A DNA stretch of 64,000 bases, from positions 47,203 to 111,202 of the IMG/VR virus record IMGVR_UViG_3300025072_002799. One strand, written 5' to 3'. The position numbers and the translations under genes are program-made. The DNA is from a virus. The first letter of the stretch is position 1, and each line of letters begins with the position of its first letter. The notes beneath the pieces were generated by a model. The model was given only the letters and a program-made list of their open reading frames with translations, was not told where the DNA came from and made no database searches. This document shows positions 1-9,997 of this stretch, in pieces.

Positions 1-1
1 T

Positions 2-187
2 GGTGATGTAGTTGCTAGGTTTTGGCTTTTTGGAGATGGAGAAAGTTTTGATCAAGATGACCCAAATGAACACACGGCAACTCACACTTATGCTATTCCT
101 GGGACATACGAACCATCTGTATTGGTTCTTTTTAGCGACCAATCACTTCAAAGAATATTTTTACAAGAAACAATAACGGTTACTTAA
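2..187 (+). CDS. 3' end of a PKD-domain virion protein (truncated by window start)
   Basis: Frame from position 2 reads GDVVARFWLFGDGESF...HTYAIPGTYEPSV...TVT*; WxFGDG and HTY..PGTY are PKD motifs. Confidence 0.75.
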   Translation, partial: GDVVARFWLFGDGESFDQDDPNEHTATHTYAIPGTYEPSVLVLFSDQSLQRIFLQETITVT

Positions 188-188
188 T

Positions 189-2429
189 ATGGCTGAACCT
201 ACAGTAAGCAATTTCCCAACATCATTAGACAATGATGAAAATCTATATGTTGTTCACGACAGCTTAAGACTTAGATTGGCAGAAGATTACACTCCAGGGG
301 ACACAACTATAACCGTAGATTTGAACACGCTGGTTATGGAAAACTTTCCTGATTCAGGGCTGATAACATTGACAGATCAATGTAGCGATCTTGCCATAAG
401 AGCAATATCCTTTCATTATACAGCGAGGACAGAAACTACATTTACTGGCGTTACTGTAAAAGAAGGGTTTACTGATGTAGCCAAACAAAAGAAAATAACA
501 AACGTAACAATGAATGTTATGGAAGATCACCATAACAATTTAAAAGACGCTCTCATAGCCGCTGAAGAGTTCATTGGAATAAAAGGAACTATAGACGGAT
601 CTCCATTTGGCGACACAATGGAGGGGCGTATTAATTTTTTACATAAAATTGCCTTACGCCCCCATGCTTGGTTTTCCGTGAACAAAAGGGTTGGCGTCAT
701 TCCTTTAGAAATAGAGTTTACGGACTTAAGTTTAAGGACTGCCACTGGATGTGAGGTTGGCACTGTATCATATATATTTGATTTTGGTGATGGAACGACA
801 TCAACGACCTCTGTAGAGTTTCCGTCTACCACTGAAAGTACGCTTTCTGTAACTGATCTCAATGGAGGCACCGTAAGCAAGATATACGCCGCACCTGGGA
901 TTTACAATGCCTCCTTGACCGTTATAGACAACTTTGGAACAGATACGATTGTTTTCCCTAATTTAATTAACGCAAGGCTAGAGGCTCCCTCAGAGGCAAA
1001 TATAATAATTGTTCCAACTACGCAACAGACATTAGAGGATGATGTTCTTAGAACTGCCTCTGACACTCTTATAAACATTCAGATTTTAGAAGGAACAGAT
1101 CCAGGCACTTCAGATCCAGAAAGAACATATTCTGGCGAAGAGGTGGATGGCAATGGAGATCCTTTAGATCCAATTACAGTTTACACTTGGGACTTGTCTG
1201 ATGATTTAGAGCATGAAAACACGCAGAACACCTTCGCCTCTTATAGTGTTGGCGGACTGTATGACATTGCATTGAGAGCGGACACTCAATTCGGCGCATA
1301 TAGAATTACATCTGTAGATAGTTCTATTGATGTTGTTGAGAATTCTAATTTATGGGTATGGACAGCACCAAGTTCATCGTTGCCAAATACAGTCCAAGCA
1401 TATGAAATGGGACTCATAAGCGAAAGCTTCAAAGTTGGATCTGGTCAAACAGTTTCTTTAGATAGAGATGATTCATTCTTAGATGGAACAAACAATGAAA
1501 CGCAAGCAAAAAGAGAATTTAACAGGAATAATGGATTTGCTTCTAGGCAAACAACTGGTTCTAACAAGACAGGATCTACAACATTAATTTATAACGCAAC
1601 AGGACGTACAGATGCAGAGCCATCTACATCTGAGGAAGTTGCATTCTTTTCCTACAATGGATTTCTAGACTCTTACACATCAGAGTCTTCAATAACTAGA
1701 CCTTGGAACTGGGCTACATTTTCTTCAACAAGCAATGCATATTTGTTTTCTGGAACTGAATCAGGATCAATACCAGCAAACACTGCACCAACAAATCAAT
1801 TAAGGGCAGCAATTGATTTATCGACACTCTCTGCTTCAAACATAACATTTACATCTGGAAGTTACTTAAATGGTGCGGAAGAACTTGAAGAATACGTAGC
1901 AACGTTTGAAGAAGGCACAGTTCCAGATGATGGATATTTTGGAGTTCACAGAACTGCGTGGAAGGGTACGACAGGATATTTGATAAGAAACTCTGGTGTT
2001 GGTTCGTTTTTTAGACTATTGAACTTTTATCAAACAGACGGTACATTTTCAGATAACTTCACTCAAATGACAAAATTAACCGATATGCTTGGAACAGTAA
2101 AGTTAGAAGGGCAACTTGTTGACTTATCAGAGGGTGTTTATTTTTTCAATAACTCTGGAGCGATTTCTGCATACAATACAACAGATCAATCATGGCATAC
2201 TGGTGGGAATGTCAACTCGGCAGCATTTGTATCACTTCAAGACGCCACAATATCTGGGTTTAGTAGTGCAGAAAACACGCTTTTGGCTACATCAAACGGA
2301 GACAGACTTGCATATCTGAGTTTTGACTATAGCCCTTCTGCTATGACTAAATTTAATGAAGTTGATACAACATTCACATCATTGGTTTCTAGACCTAGTG
2401 GAGATCAATGGTTAATGGGTATTTACTAA
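189..2429 (+). CDS. Virion structural protein with PKD domain(s)
   Basis: 746 aa, S/T-rich; FDFGDG...YAAPGIYNASLTV PKD motif; N-terminal domain paralogous to the next gene (FPxxxDxDxxL, HHNxLxxA..xExFxG). Confidence 0.75.
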   Translation: MAEPTVSNFPTSLDNDENLYVVHDSLRLRLAEDYTPGDTTITVDLNTLVMENFPDSGLITLTDQCSDLAIRAISFHYTARTETTFTGVTVKEGFTDVAKQKKITNVTMNVMEDHHNNLKDALIAAEEFIGIKGTIDGSPFGDTMEGRINFLHKIALRPHAWFSVNKRVGVIPLEIEFTDLSLRTATGCEVGTVSYIFDFGDGTTSTTSVEFPSTTESTLSVTDLNGGTVSKIYAAPGIYNASLTVIDNFGTDTIVFPNLINARLEAPSEANIIIVPTTQQTLEDDVLRTASDTLINIQILEGTDPGTSDPERTYSGEEVDGNGDPLDPITVYTWDLSDDLEHENTQNTFASYSVGGLYDIALRADTQFGAYRITSVDSSIDVVENSNLWVWTAPSSSLPNTVQAYEMGLISESFKVGSGQTVSLDRDDSFLDGTNNETQAKREFNRNNGFASRQTTGSNKTGSTTLIYNATGRTDAEPSTSEEVAFFSYNGFLDSYTSESSITRPWNWATFSSTSNAYLFSGTESGSIPANTAPTNQLRAAIDLSTLSASNITFTSGSYLNGAEELEEYVATFEEGTVPDDGYFGVHRTAWKGTTGYLIRNSGVGSFFRLLNFYQTDGTFSDNFTQMTKLTDMLGTVKLEGQLVDLSEGVYFFNNSGAISAYNTTDQSWHTGGNVNSAAFVSLQDATISGFSSAENTLLATSNGDRLAYLSFDYSPSAMTKFNEVDTTFTSLVSRPSGDQWLMGIY

Positions 2430-2455
2430 AATTGATGGAGAATCATAAATAAAGT

Positions 2456-4525
2456 ATGGCATCTATAGGCTTTCCACCCGAACCCGTATTCCCTAACGCA
2501 ATTGATTCAGACAGAACGTTGTTTCTTGTGTATAATAGCACAGAAAGCATTCTTGCTGTGGACAATGAGCCTTGGTGTACGGAAATTGAAATAACACCAG
2601 TATTAGAAGATGATGACGATTTTTGGGCTGATAATGGATTTGGAAACATTGACGGAGAGCTTTTCTATTACGACAGCGTAGAAAAGGACTCTAATGGAAA
2701 GGTTTCCAAGTTACTAAAATGCGCCCGTAATTTGGGTGGGATACAAACTCACTTTGTTAAATCTGGTGGTAGCAACTGCCAAGTCAGATCATTTGTTGTT
2801 GCAGAGCATCACAATCAGTTAGTAAAGGCTATTTGCCAAGTAGAGAAGTTCGTTGGATTTAATTTCGACACAGACACAGACACCCTTGACTTTAGAATCA
2901 GATGCCTAAGAGAAGTTCCAATCTGTCAAGATGACTTTAATTGCCCTGTTGTGACATTTAAGACCAGTGTTGTAGATGACGATCCTTGTGACGGAATTTT
3001 AATAGATTATGAAATAGACATAGATGGAGACTTCTCTGGCGTATTGATTAATTTTGGTGATGGAATAACCACAGATACAATTGTTGCTGGTCAGCATCGC
3101 TATCCGCCAGGAGTCTCAGTTGACCCTGTAGTGACCGTTACTAGCACAAATTGTCAGATTTGCGCTACGCCAAGTGAGAGAGAAGGTGACAATACATTAT
3201 GTGCAGTTGTTGTTCCTGAGCCGTTTACTATTCCGATACCAGAAGTGACGCTGCCAAATATAAGTTTTACAATACCTGAAATCCCAGCGCCACAAGTAGA
3301 GTTGCCTCCTGTAATTCTTCCGTGCGTAGAATTGTCCGTACCTGAGTTTCCAGAGTTTCCTGAAATTTCTATACCTGATTTTCCTGGCATAAGCATTTCT
3401 ATTCCAGATATTGACATTCAAATTCCAAGCGTAATAACCATTGTGCCTGACACGATCAGCATTGTTCCAAATGAAATAACAATCAGTCCTTCTGTAATTG
3501 AGTTTGGGAATGTCCCATTCATTCCAACTCAAATTGCATTTGTTAACAACCCAACAATTACATCTACAATTACATGGATTAACAACCCAACAATTACGTC
3601 TGTAATTTCATGGGCAGAGACACCTGTAATTCCAGACGTTTCATGGGCAACCACACCTGTAATTCCAGACGTTTCATGGGCAACCACACCTGTAATTCCA
3701 GACGTTTCATGGGCACCTACACCTACAATTCCAGACGTTGGATGGGCACCTACACCTTCAATTTCTGATGTTCAATTCGCAGATGCACCAGTAGTTTCAG
3801 TGGAGTGGGGAACGCCACCAGATTGTTCTTGTACTGTTGTCATTGAATGCCCAGCAACGAGCATTGCTGCTGGAATGAATGCAAAAAGAAACAGTGCAAG
3901 CGCTGCTTTTGACGAAGATTGGAGTAATCTCGTTGATTCTTGGGAAGACAATGATGAAGACAATTTGAAAATGCAAATGGACCTAAACAACATAGGCATA
4001 CCATCTGAAATTAAGGTCATTGCACCAGAAAGAATGCCAGATGTTAAGGTGTTTCATGATATTCCTGATGTAATTTCTGTTGAATTTCCAAAAATACCTA
4101 CTGTTATAAATGTAGAGCATGATATACCACATAAGATTGAATTGATTGACAAGCTTCCAGAATTTATAAAACTTGAGGTTCCTGGTCCGATTAAGATTGA
4201 TGCCTCTGATTTACCAGCATTAGTGTTAGAGTTGTCGGATAATTTTCCAAGTGTGTTCAAATTGGAAGCCATTGGAATACCAGACAAAATTCAAGTGGAA
4301 GGAATACCAGATACAATCGCAGTGTTGCATGATATTCCAGATGTAATTGAACTTATATTGCCTGGAGATCCAAAAGTTAGTTTGGTTATGCCAGATAATC
4401 CAAAAATAGAAATGGTGTATGAAGGTGCTCCTATAGAAATGAAAGTCAAATTAGGAGTGGACACGGCGCTAGGTGGAGATGACGATGACAATCCTTGCGT
4501 CATGATTGTTCCATGCAATAAATAA
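2456..4525 (+). CDS. Virion structural protein, PKD domain plus Pro/Ile/Val-rich repeats
   Basis: 689 aa; INFGDG..HRYPPG; N-terminal domain shared with 189..2429; IPE/IPD repeats. Confidence 0.7.
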   Translation: MASIGFPPEPVFPNAIDSDRTLFLVYNSTESILAVDNEPWCTEIEITPVLEDDDDFWADNGFGNIDGELFYYDSVEKDSNGKVSKLLKCARNLGGIQTHFVKSGGSNCQVRSFVVAEHHNQLVKAICQVEKFVGFNFDTDTDTLDFRIRCLREVPICQDDFNCPVVTFKTSVVDDDPCDGILIDYEIDIDGDFSGVLINFGDGITTDTIVAGQHRYPPGVSVDPVVTVTSTNCQICATPSEREGDNTLCAVVVPEPFTIPIPEVTLPNISFTIPEIPAPQVELPPVILPCVELSVPEFPEFPEISIPDFPGISISIPDIDIQIPSVITIVPDTISIVPNEITISPSVIEFGNVPFIPTQIAFVNNPTITSTITWINNPTITSVISWAETPVIPDVSWATTPVIPDVSWATTPVIPDVSWAPTPTIPDVGWAPTPSISDVQFADAPVVSVEWGTPPDCSCTVVIECPATSIAAGMNAKRNSASAAFDEDWSNLVDSWEDNDEDNLKMQMDLNNIGIPSEIKVIAPERMPDVKVFHDIPDVISVEFPKIPTVINVEHDIPHKIELIDKLPEFIKLEVPGPIKIDASDLPALVLELSDNFPSVFKLEAIGIPDKIQVEGIPDTIAVLHDIPDVIELILPGDPKVSLVMPDNPKIEMVYEGAPIEMKVKLGVDTALGGDDDDNPCVMIVPCNK
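3608..3772 (+). repeat. 33-bp coding tandem repeat (SWATTPVIPDV, about 5 copies)
   Basis: tcatgggcaaccacacctgtaattccagacgtt repeated with progressive divergence. Confidence 0.9.
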
Positions 4526-5385
4526 TGAGAATTAGAAAACACGAAAACAAAAACCATTACATACGAACTCCTGAAGGCGTATGGGTGAGAGACTTTACGA
4601 AAGTCGGTGTCGTTCCAAAAGACATAAACAGCTTATCTAATCTTGACGATAAGAGAATTCTTCTGAAAAATGAGTTTGAAAACATAAGAAAAAAACTCAA
4701 CATTGTAGAAGACATTAGACAAGTCTATAATAATGTAGTCATTGTTTCTGATGGAAACAAATTCAAAGAAAGACATCGCATAATTTCAGATATGCCTACA
4801 GCAGTTCCAATAGGAGTCAATGGATCTCTCAGAAAATGGGAACTAGCTGGCGATGATTGCCCAGCAGAAAAGCAACGCAACATGTTTTATGTTGTAAACA
4901 ACCCATATGATGAATGCAATAAATATCTTCCTAACGATTCATTCTATCCAAACTGTTTGGCATCTTTAAGAACTAATCCAGATTTCATAAAAGCATACAG
5001 AGGAGAAGTTTATAGATACTCAACAACGCCAGAAGTGAAGTTTCACAATCCATACAATGATGCAGAGTACACAATAGACGATTACAGAAACTCAATTTGT
5101 GCCGCCATTTGTTTTGCAAATGTGTTCAAAGTTAAAAAATTATTATTACTGTGTTGCGATGATTCATTCGAACAAGAAAGACCAGGATCTATCGAGACTG
5201 GCAAAGGAACGTGGATGTATCCACAACAAAAAGAATTGCATAACATCATTGACGCTAATCTATTTTGGCTAAAACAAAACGATGTTGAAATTGCAGAATA
5301 TTCTGACGGACCTCATTATAATAACGCTACATACATACAGTCAGATGACGAAGCTATTCAATTTTTTAAGGATGACAATGAATAA
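4525..5385 (+). CDS. Hypothetical protein, possible glycosyl/sialyltransferase-like Rossmann fold
   Basis: 286 aa; VVIVSDG, IGVNGSL and KKLLLLCCD echo the IIGxG/IxVN/IxLxGxD pattern of DUF115-like proteins. Confidence 0.4.
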   Translation: MRIRKHENKNHYIRTPEGVWVRDFTKVGVVPKDINSLSNLDDKRILLKNEFENIRKKLNIVEDIRQVYNNVVIVSDGNKFKERHRIISDMPTAVPIGVNGSLRKWELAGDDCPAEKQRNMFYVVNNPYDECNKYLPNDSFYPNCLASLRTNPDFIKAYRGEVYRYSTTPEVKFHNPYNDAEYTIDDYRNSICAAICFANVFKVKKLLLLCCDDSFEQERPGSIETGKGTWMYPQQKELHNIIDANLFWLKQNDVEIAEYSDGPHYNNATYIQSDDEAIQFFKDDNE

Positions 5386-5671
5386 TAATAACAACGAAGG
5401 ATTTTTTGACATTAATGAATTCAAGAAGTGGATGGAAGAAGATCCATCCAACAAACAAAAGAGATCTAAGTTCATTGGAATCCAAGTTGAGTCTAAAATA
5501 TCGTCAAGCAAGCTTGTAAACAAAATAGAAACCGAAAATGAAATTGATGAAGTAGTTGAAGACTTTATTGAAAACGGTGGTTTCATCACAAATGTTGAAG
5601 GCAATTGGTTTACAGTTGAAGTAAACTCTGGTGATTTTATTGTTCCAAGAAAATACGTTCGCCGTTCTTAA
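5378..5671 (+). CDS. Hypothetical protein
   Basis: Likely start MNNNNNEG overlapping the previous stop; contains EFKKWMEE. Confidence 0.6.
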   Translation: MNNNNNEGFFDINEFKKWMEEDPSNKQKRSKFIGIQVESKISSSKLVNKIETENEIDEVVEDFIENGGFITNVEGNWFTVEVNSGDFIVPRKYVRRS

Positions 5672-6030
5672 CGACCCTTTCTTATCATAGTTTTTTGATG
5701 TGGAAGCTTGTCCGTTTTAATGGATGGTGCTTCCATAATCTTTTTCAAATTCATTATAGACGCAGGCGACATAGGGATTTGCTTGTACCCTCTAGACGCA
5801 ACAGCCTTTCTAAATTCTTGGTAAGACGAAGCACTCTCTGCCCACACTTCCCACATCATTCTGTTTTTGTGAATTATTGCTTCCATCTCTGACTCTAAAT
5901 CTTGAGGAAGTCCAAGAACCTTAGGGCTTTCCATCTTTGTTGGATTCACCTTTTGAGGAGCGTTTAATATCGCTACCACCTTCACTGCCTTCTTGTCTCT
6001 CCTCGCCAGATAAACGTATATCTTTTCCAT
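5668..6030 (-). CDS. Hypothetical protein
   Basis: 120-aa ORF with GAGGA SD-like sequence upstream. Confidence 0.65.
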   Translation of the reverse strand: MEKIYVYLARRDKKAVKVVAILNAPQKVNPTKMESPKVLGLPQDLESEMEAIIHKNRMMWEVWAESASSYQEFRKAVASRGYKQIPMSPASIMNLKKIMEAPSIKTDKLPHQKTMIRKGR

Positions 6031-6152
6031 TTAATATTTCCTCTAAAAAGACTTCTAATACCACTCTTTTATAAACAGAGTTTTCTTTGCCAAGTAAATC
6101 AAAGAAATTGACCAATCCCTCTGATGCTTCTACTTCTTTTTTTTGTTTTTTC

Positions 6153-6470
6153 ATGTTTATTACCGATTACATAAAAGTCAAAGACAAATACCTGCTATGC
6201 TACTTTGGATCTGATGAAAAGTGCATAAACCAATTAATATATTTACGCCCACTGATTGAAAAAGAATTCCCAGGCATTACAATATTCCTATCATTCTCTG
6301 ACAGGATACTAGAAAGCAATTTCATCAAAAGATCAAAAATAGATAAGTACGAATGCAAAAAATATGCTTATGTTAGATCTCTAAAAGGAGAAGATCCAAT
6401 AAGACAATTGTTGGAAGAGTCTCATTTATGCCATTTGAATAAAGAATTGCCAACTGAATTGCGTATATAA
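6153..6470 (+). CDS. Hypothetical protein
   Basis: Probable start MFITDY within ORF 6087..6470. Confidence 0.5.
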   Translation: MFITDYIKVKDKYLLCYFGSDEKCINQLIYLRPLIEKEFPGITIFLSFSDRILESNFIKRSKIDKYECKKYAYVRSLKGEDPIRQLLEESHLCHLNKELPTELRI

Positions 6471-6522
6471 ACTTGTAAGCTGGAGTATTAGTAAGGCTCA
6501 ATTATTCACAGGGAGTATACAA

Positions 6523-7143
6523 ATGAGCGTATTTAGAGTAAAATTAAACAACACCGACCAGGGAGTAATGGATCTTGATCCAAGCACCGCATCTGCTGAC
6601 GTGTTGGGAAGTCAAATGGACCCTTCGATTCAACGTAGCGTATACGTAATGGGACCAAATCTAATCAATCGTCTTTTGGTTGATGGTTCAACTTTCACCG
6701 ACTGCAATTACTGGAAGCGTTTTGCGTATCCACAAGTTGCTTTGAATGAAGCAATTGTTGAAGTTGTAACCGATGACGGAAGCGTATATTCTGACGTTGC
6801 ATCAGAAAACACCTTCCCAGTTGTGTATGATCGTAGCATTGCTGCGGCTGACACCTATGGTGACAACGAAATTGACATCGTAACTGATCATGGCGGATAT
6901 GCTGTCTTCACCCAGATCACCAATCAGGAAACTGCTGGTGGCGGATTGGACATCAAGGTTGGTCTTAATGGTAGCGTTGGTACGCCAGCAGCCATCTTCG
7001 ACCTAGTAGCTGGCGACACTCAGATTTTCAACGCTGGTGACTTGAGCGTAAGCTTGATCCAGTTTGATAATAGTGTTTCTGGTGCCGGTGGCCCAGTTGA
7101 TGTTCAGGTTCTTCTATCTGTTCGTTCGGTATGCAATAGCTAA
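6523..7143 (+). CDS. Probable virion structural protein
   Basis: 206 aa, beta-rich acidic composition, strong GGGAG SD, followed by a terminator. Confidence 0.6.
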   Translation: MSVFRVKLNNTDQGVMDLDPSTASADVLGSQMDPSIQRSVYVMGPNLINRLLVDGSTFTDCNYWKRFAYPQVALNEAIVEVVTDDGSVYSDVASENTFPVVYDRSIAAADTYGDNEIDIVTDHGGYAVFTQITNQETAGGGLDIKVGLNGSVGTPAAIFDLVAGDTQIFNAGDLSVSLIQFDNSVSGAGGPVDVQVLLSVRSVCNS

Positions 7144-7167
7144 ACCAAGCTATAAAACCAAAATAAG

Positions 7168-7195
7168 AAAGCTCAGCGAAAGCTGGGCTTTTTTT
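7168..7195 (+). terminator. Rho-independent terminator
   Basis: aaagctcagc-gaaa-gctgggctttttt. Confidence 0.85.
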
Positions 7196-7218
7196 ATGCA
7201 CCAACATAAATAACTTTA

Positions 7219-7716
7219 ATGCATTATTATAAAATACTAGAAGTTCCAATTACGGCGACAACAGAAGAAATAAATGTTGCTTACAGAAATCTTGCAATCA
7301 AATACCACCCAGATTCAAGCAAAGACCCAAATAGCGTTAAAAAATTCAAAGAAATAGCTGCCGCTCATGAAACCTTAAGTGACAAAGGAAAGCGTGCGCA
7401 ATACAATCTGAGATATTCAATATTAATATCACCGCCTCCAAAACAAAGACCAGTTCAAAAACCTTCGTCCAAGCCAAAGCCAACTCCTAAGCCAACTCCT
7501 AAGCCAAAATCTGACCCTCAAAAACAGTATCCTCACAATGTCCATACAATTAATGATGCAAATAAACCAATACCACCGGATTTGAGAGGGACATCATTAA
7601 ATGGAGATGTTGGAACTGTAGATTTATGGAAACAATCTGGGCTTGAGGAATATGAAAAGCCTGCCTTTCAATATTATAAAAAACAACCACGACAATCAAA
7701 TTTCATTGATCCATAA
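7219..7716 (+). CDS. J-domain (DnaJ-like) protein with Pro/Lys-rich tail
   Basis: YYKILEV...AYRNLAIKYHPD...FKEIAAAHETLSD. Confidence 0.92.
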   Translation: MHYYKILEVPITATTEEINVAYRNLAIKYHPDSSKDPNSVKKFKEIAAAHETLSDKGKRAQYNLRYSILISPPPKQRPVQKPSSKPKPTPKPTPKPKSDPQKQYPHNVHTINDANKPIPPDLRGTSLNGDVGTVDLWKQSGLEEYEKPAFQYYKKQPRQSNFIDP

Positions 7717-7730
7717 ACTCTTTTAATTAC

Positions 7731-8687
7731 ATGATAATTAAGAGATCTCTGAAACAATCAAATAAACCAGAAGATTTATCTATAAAAGACTTTTACCAAA
7801 TGAGAAACAAGGTATTGGTCTTAAGACAAACTGGTGGCATAGGAGACATTCTTATGCAAAGAATGATGTTTGAGGATTTTAAACGTATATTCCCAGAGTC
7901 GCACATAACTTATTCATGCCCAAGCAAGTACAAATCACTAGCAATGAATCACCCGTTCATTGATGAATGGCTTCCATCTGAAGATATTGACCTGTCAAAG
8001 TATCTACTGTATTTCAACATCACAACTGCATGTAATCGTCACGAAATGAGAGTTGCACCATTAAGCGATAAACATAGAAGCGATATATGGGCAAATAATT
8101 GTGGAGCCATTCTATCTAACCACAATATGCACATTACAATTGAAGAAGAAAATAAAAAATACGCCCAAGAAAGGCTAAAAGAATTAAACACTGAAGGAAA
8201 ACCAACCGTATGTTTTTGCCCAATATCTGCGATGTTGGGCAAAAACCTGCAAAGCGAGCAAATAACAGACACAGTTAAAGGTCTTTGGGATATGGGTCTT
8301 TTTGTTTATTCAACTCACATCAGAGATATTCCAGAACTTACTAAACTAAAAGTGCCAGTAATCAAGGATATATCCGTATCTCAGTGGATGGGAGTCATTG
8401 ATGCTGCTGACCATGTTGTTAGTGTTGATACTGGAGCATTTCATTTAAGTGGGGGACTCGGAAAGCCATTAGTTGGGGTTTTTGGATGGACTGATGGAAA
8501 GGTGTATGGGCGTTATTATAAATTCGCTTTGGTACAAAGACACAGAGATGATGGCGATTGGGATTGCGGACCTTGCTACAGTTGGCATGGATGTCCTAAG
8601 GAAAGGCAAAACAGAAGAAAACCCTGCATTACCAGCATTACGGCAGATAACATACTAAAAGCGACAGAGCAAATACTGGATAAATAG
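7731..8687 (+). CDS. Glycosyltransferase family 9 (heptosyltransferase-like)
   Basis: GGIGDILM, VSVDTGAFHLSGGLGKPLVGVFG, C-terminal CGPC...C...C. Confidence 0.9.
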   Translation: MIIKRSLKQSNKPEDLSIKDFYQMRNKVLVLRQTGGIGDILMQRMMFEDFKRIFPESHITYSCPSKYKSLAMNHPFIDEWLPSEDIDLSKYLLYFNITTACNRHEMRVAPLSDKHRSDIWANNCGAILSNHNMHITIEEENKKYAQERLKELNTEGKPTVCFCPISAMLGKNLQSEQITDTVKGLWDMGLFVYSTHIRDIPELTKLKVPVIKDISVSQWMGVIDAADHVVSVDTGAFHLSGGLGKPLVGVFGWTDGKVYGRYYKFALVQRHRDDGDWDCGPCYSWHGCPKERQNRRKPCITSITADNILKATEQILDK

Positions 8688-8701
8688 CATATATAAGAAT
8701 T

Positions 8702-8944
8702 ATGGCTCAATTAGTAAAATCACAACAAGTACAGGTCACTACGTCTAAGGGCGAGTGTCACATCACTTTGGATATAAACATCACTCTTAACCACCAAGGA
8801 TTAATCCAACAGGTTGGCGTAGATGCTACGGAAGCTACTATGATAGATAAGAAGGAAAAAAAGGACCCAGAAGAAGAGAAGTTCAAATGGGAAATACCCG
8901 ATTTTGAAGATGGTCCATCAGAAAAAATTGATTTTGGTAAATGA
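8702..8944 (+). CDS. Hypothetical protein
   Basis: 80-aa ORF preceded by CATATATA. Confidence 0.65.
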   Translation: MAQLVKSQQVQVTTSKGECHITLDINITLNHQGLIQQVGVDATEATMIDKKEKKDPEEEKFKWEIPDFEDGPSEKIDFGK

Positions 8945-8960
8945 TTAAAAGGAGATAGTT

Positions 8961-9971
8961 ATGAGTGCTCGCGGAATGGACATGGGGACGTACAATTTAA
9001 TTGCTTGTCATCGTGATGATAATGGAGATTTCGTACACAAGAGGGAAATCAATGCTTTTTTGGAATTGCCACTAGAAGAAAGATTTGTTTTCAACATGAT
9101 GAAAAAGTCTGGCGTCCCTCTCATTGAACGTGAAAAGGTTGCATACGCTTTGGGCGAAGCTGCCGTAAAGATGGCTTATACAATGCCTAATATAGATTTA
9201 AAACGCCCAATGAAAGATGGGTGTTTGAATCCTCAAGAAAAAGATGCTATGAATATCATAAAAGTTATGATTCACAGTTTGATAGGCGAAATTGAAGAAG
9301 ATGGAACATTAATTTATTACTCTATTCCGGCTAACGCCATCAACGAGGAAACCGATGCCGATTATCATTCAGAAGTTTTGGCTTCCATATTGAGATCTTA
9401 TAGTTCATCAGATGGTTACAAACTAGATCCAAGACCAATCAATGAAGGTTTGGCTTTGGTGTTTTCTGAGTTGGGAGAAAAGCAATTTACGGGAATTGGA
9501 ATTAGTTGTGGCGCAGGAATGGTGAACGTATGCTTTTCCGTATTTTCCCACCCAGTGTTTAGCTTCTCAATTGTCAATAGTGGAGACTGGATTGACAAGA
9601 TGGCTGCTAAAGCGGCTGGAGAGAATGCAACATATATAAATCAAAGAAAAATGACTGTTGCCCTGGATAAAGAGCCAGAAGATATTGTTGAAAGAGCCAT
9701 TCAAACCCAATACAGATTGATGATTATGAATACAGTCAAACACATAAAGGAAGGTTTGTCCGATGCAGGCAAAAAGGCTCGTACTGGCGCACCAATAGAT
9801 ATTGTTATCGCTGGTGGAACGTCTTCTCCTCAAGGATTCGACACATTGTTTGCAGAAGTCCTTAAAGAGATGGACCTGCCAATTGATGTAGGAAATATAA
9901 TTCGCCCCAAAGATCCGCTTTACAGTGTAGCGAAAGGTTGCTTAATTGCAGCAGAAAACTCTGTGTCTTAA
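8961..9971 (+). CDS. Actin-fold ATPase, volactin/MreB-like
   Basis: GMDMGT phosphate-1, PINEGLALVFSEL, GIGISCGAGMVNVC, SGDWID, IAGGTS. Confidence 0.85.
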   Translation: MSARGMDMGTYNLIACHRDDNGDFVHKREINAFLELPLEERFVFNMMKKSGVPLIEREKVAYALGEAAVKMAYTMPNIDLKRPMKDGCLNPQEKDAMNIIKVMIHSLIGEIEEDGTLIYYSIPANAINEETDADYHSEVLASILRSYSSSDGYKLDPRPINEGLALVFSELGEKQFTGIGISCGAGMVNVCFSVFSHPVFSFSIVNSGDWIDKMAAKAAGENATYINQRKMTVALDKEPEDIVERAIQTQYRLMIMNTVKHIKEGLSDAGKKARTGAPIDIVIAGGTSSPQGFDTLFAEVLKEMDLPIDVGNIIRPKDPLYSVAKGCLIAAENSVS

Positions 9972-9997
9972 AGTCAATTAGAAAAGTAGGAGATAAG

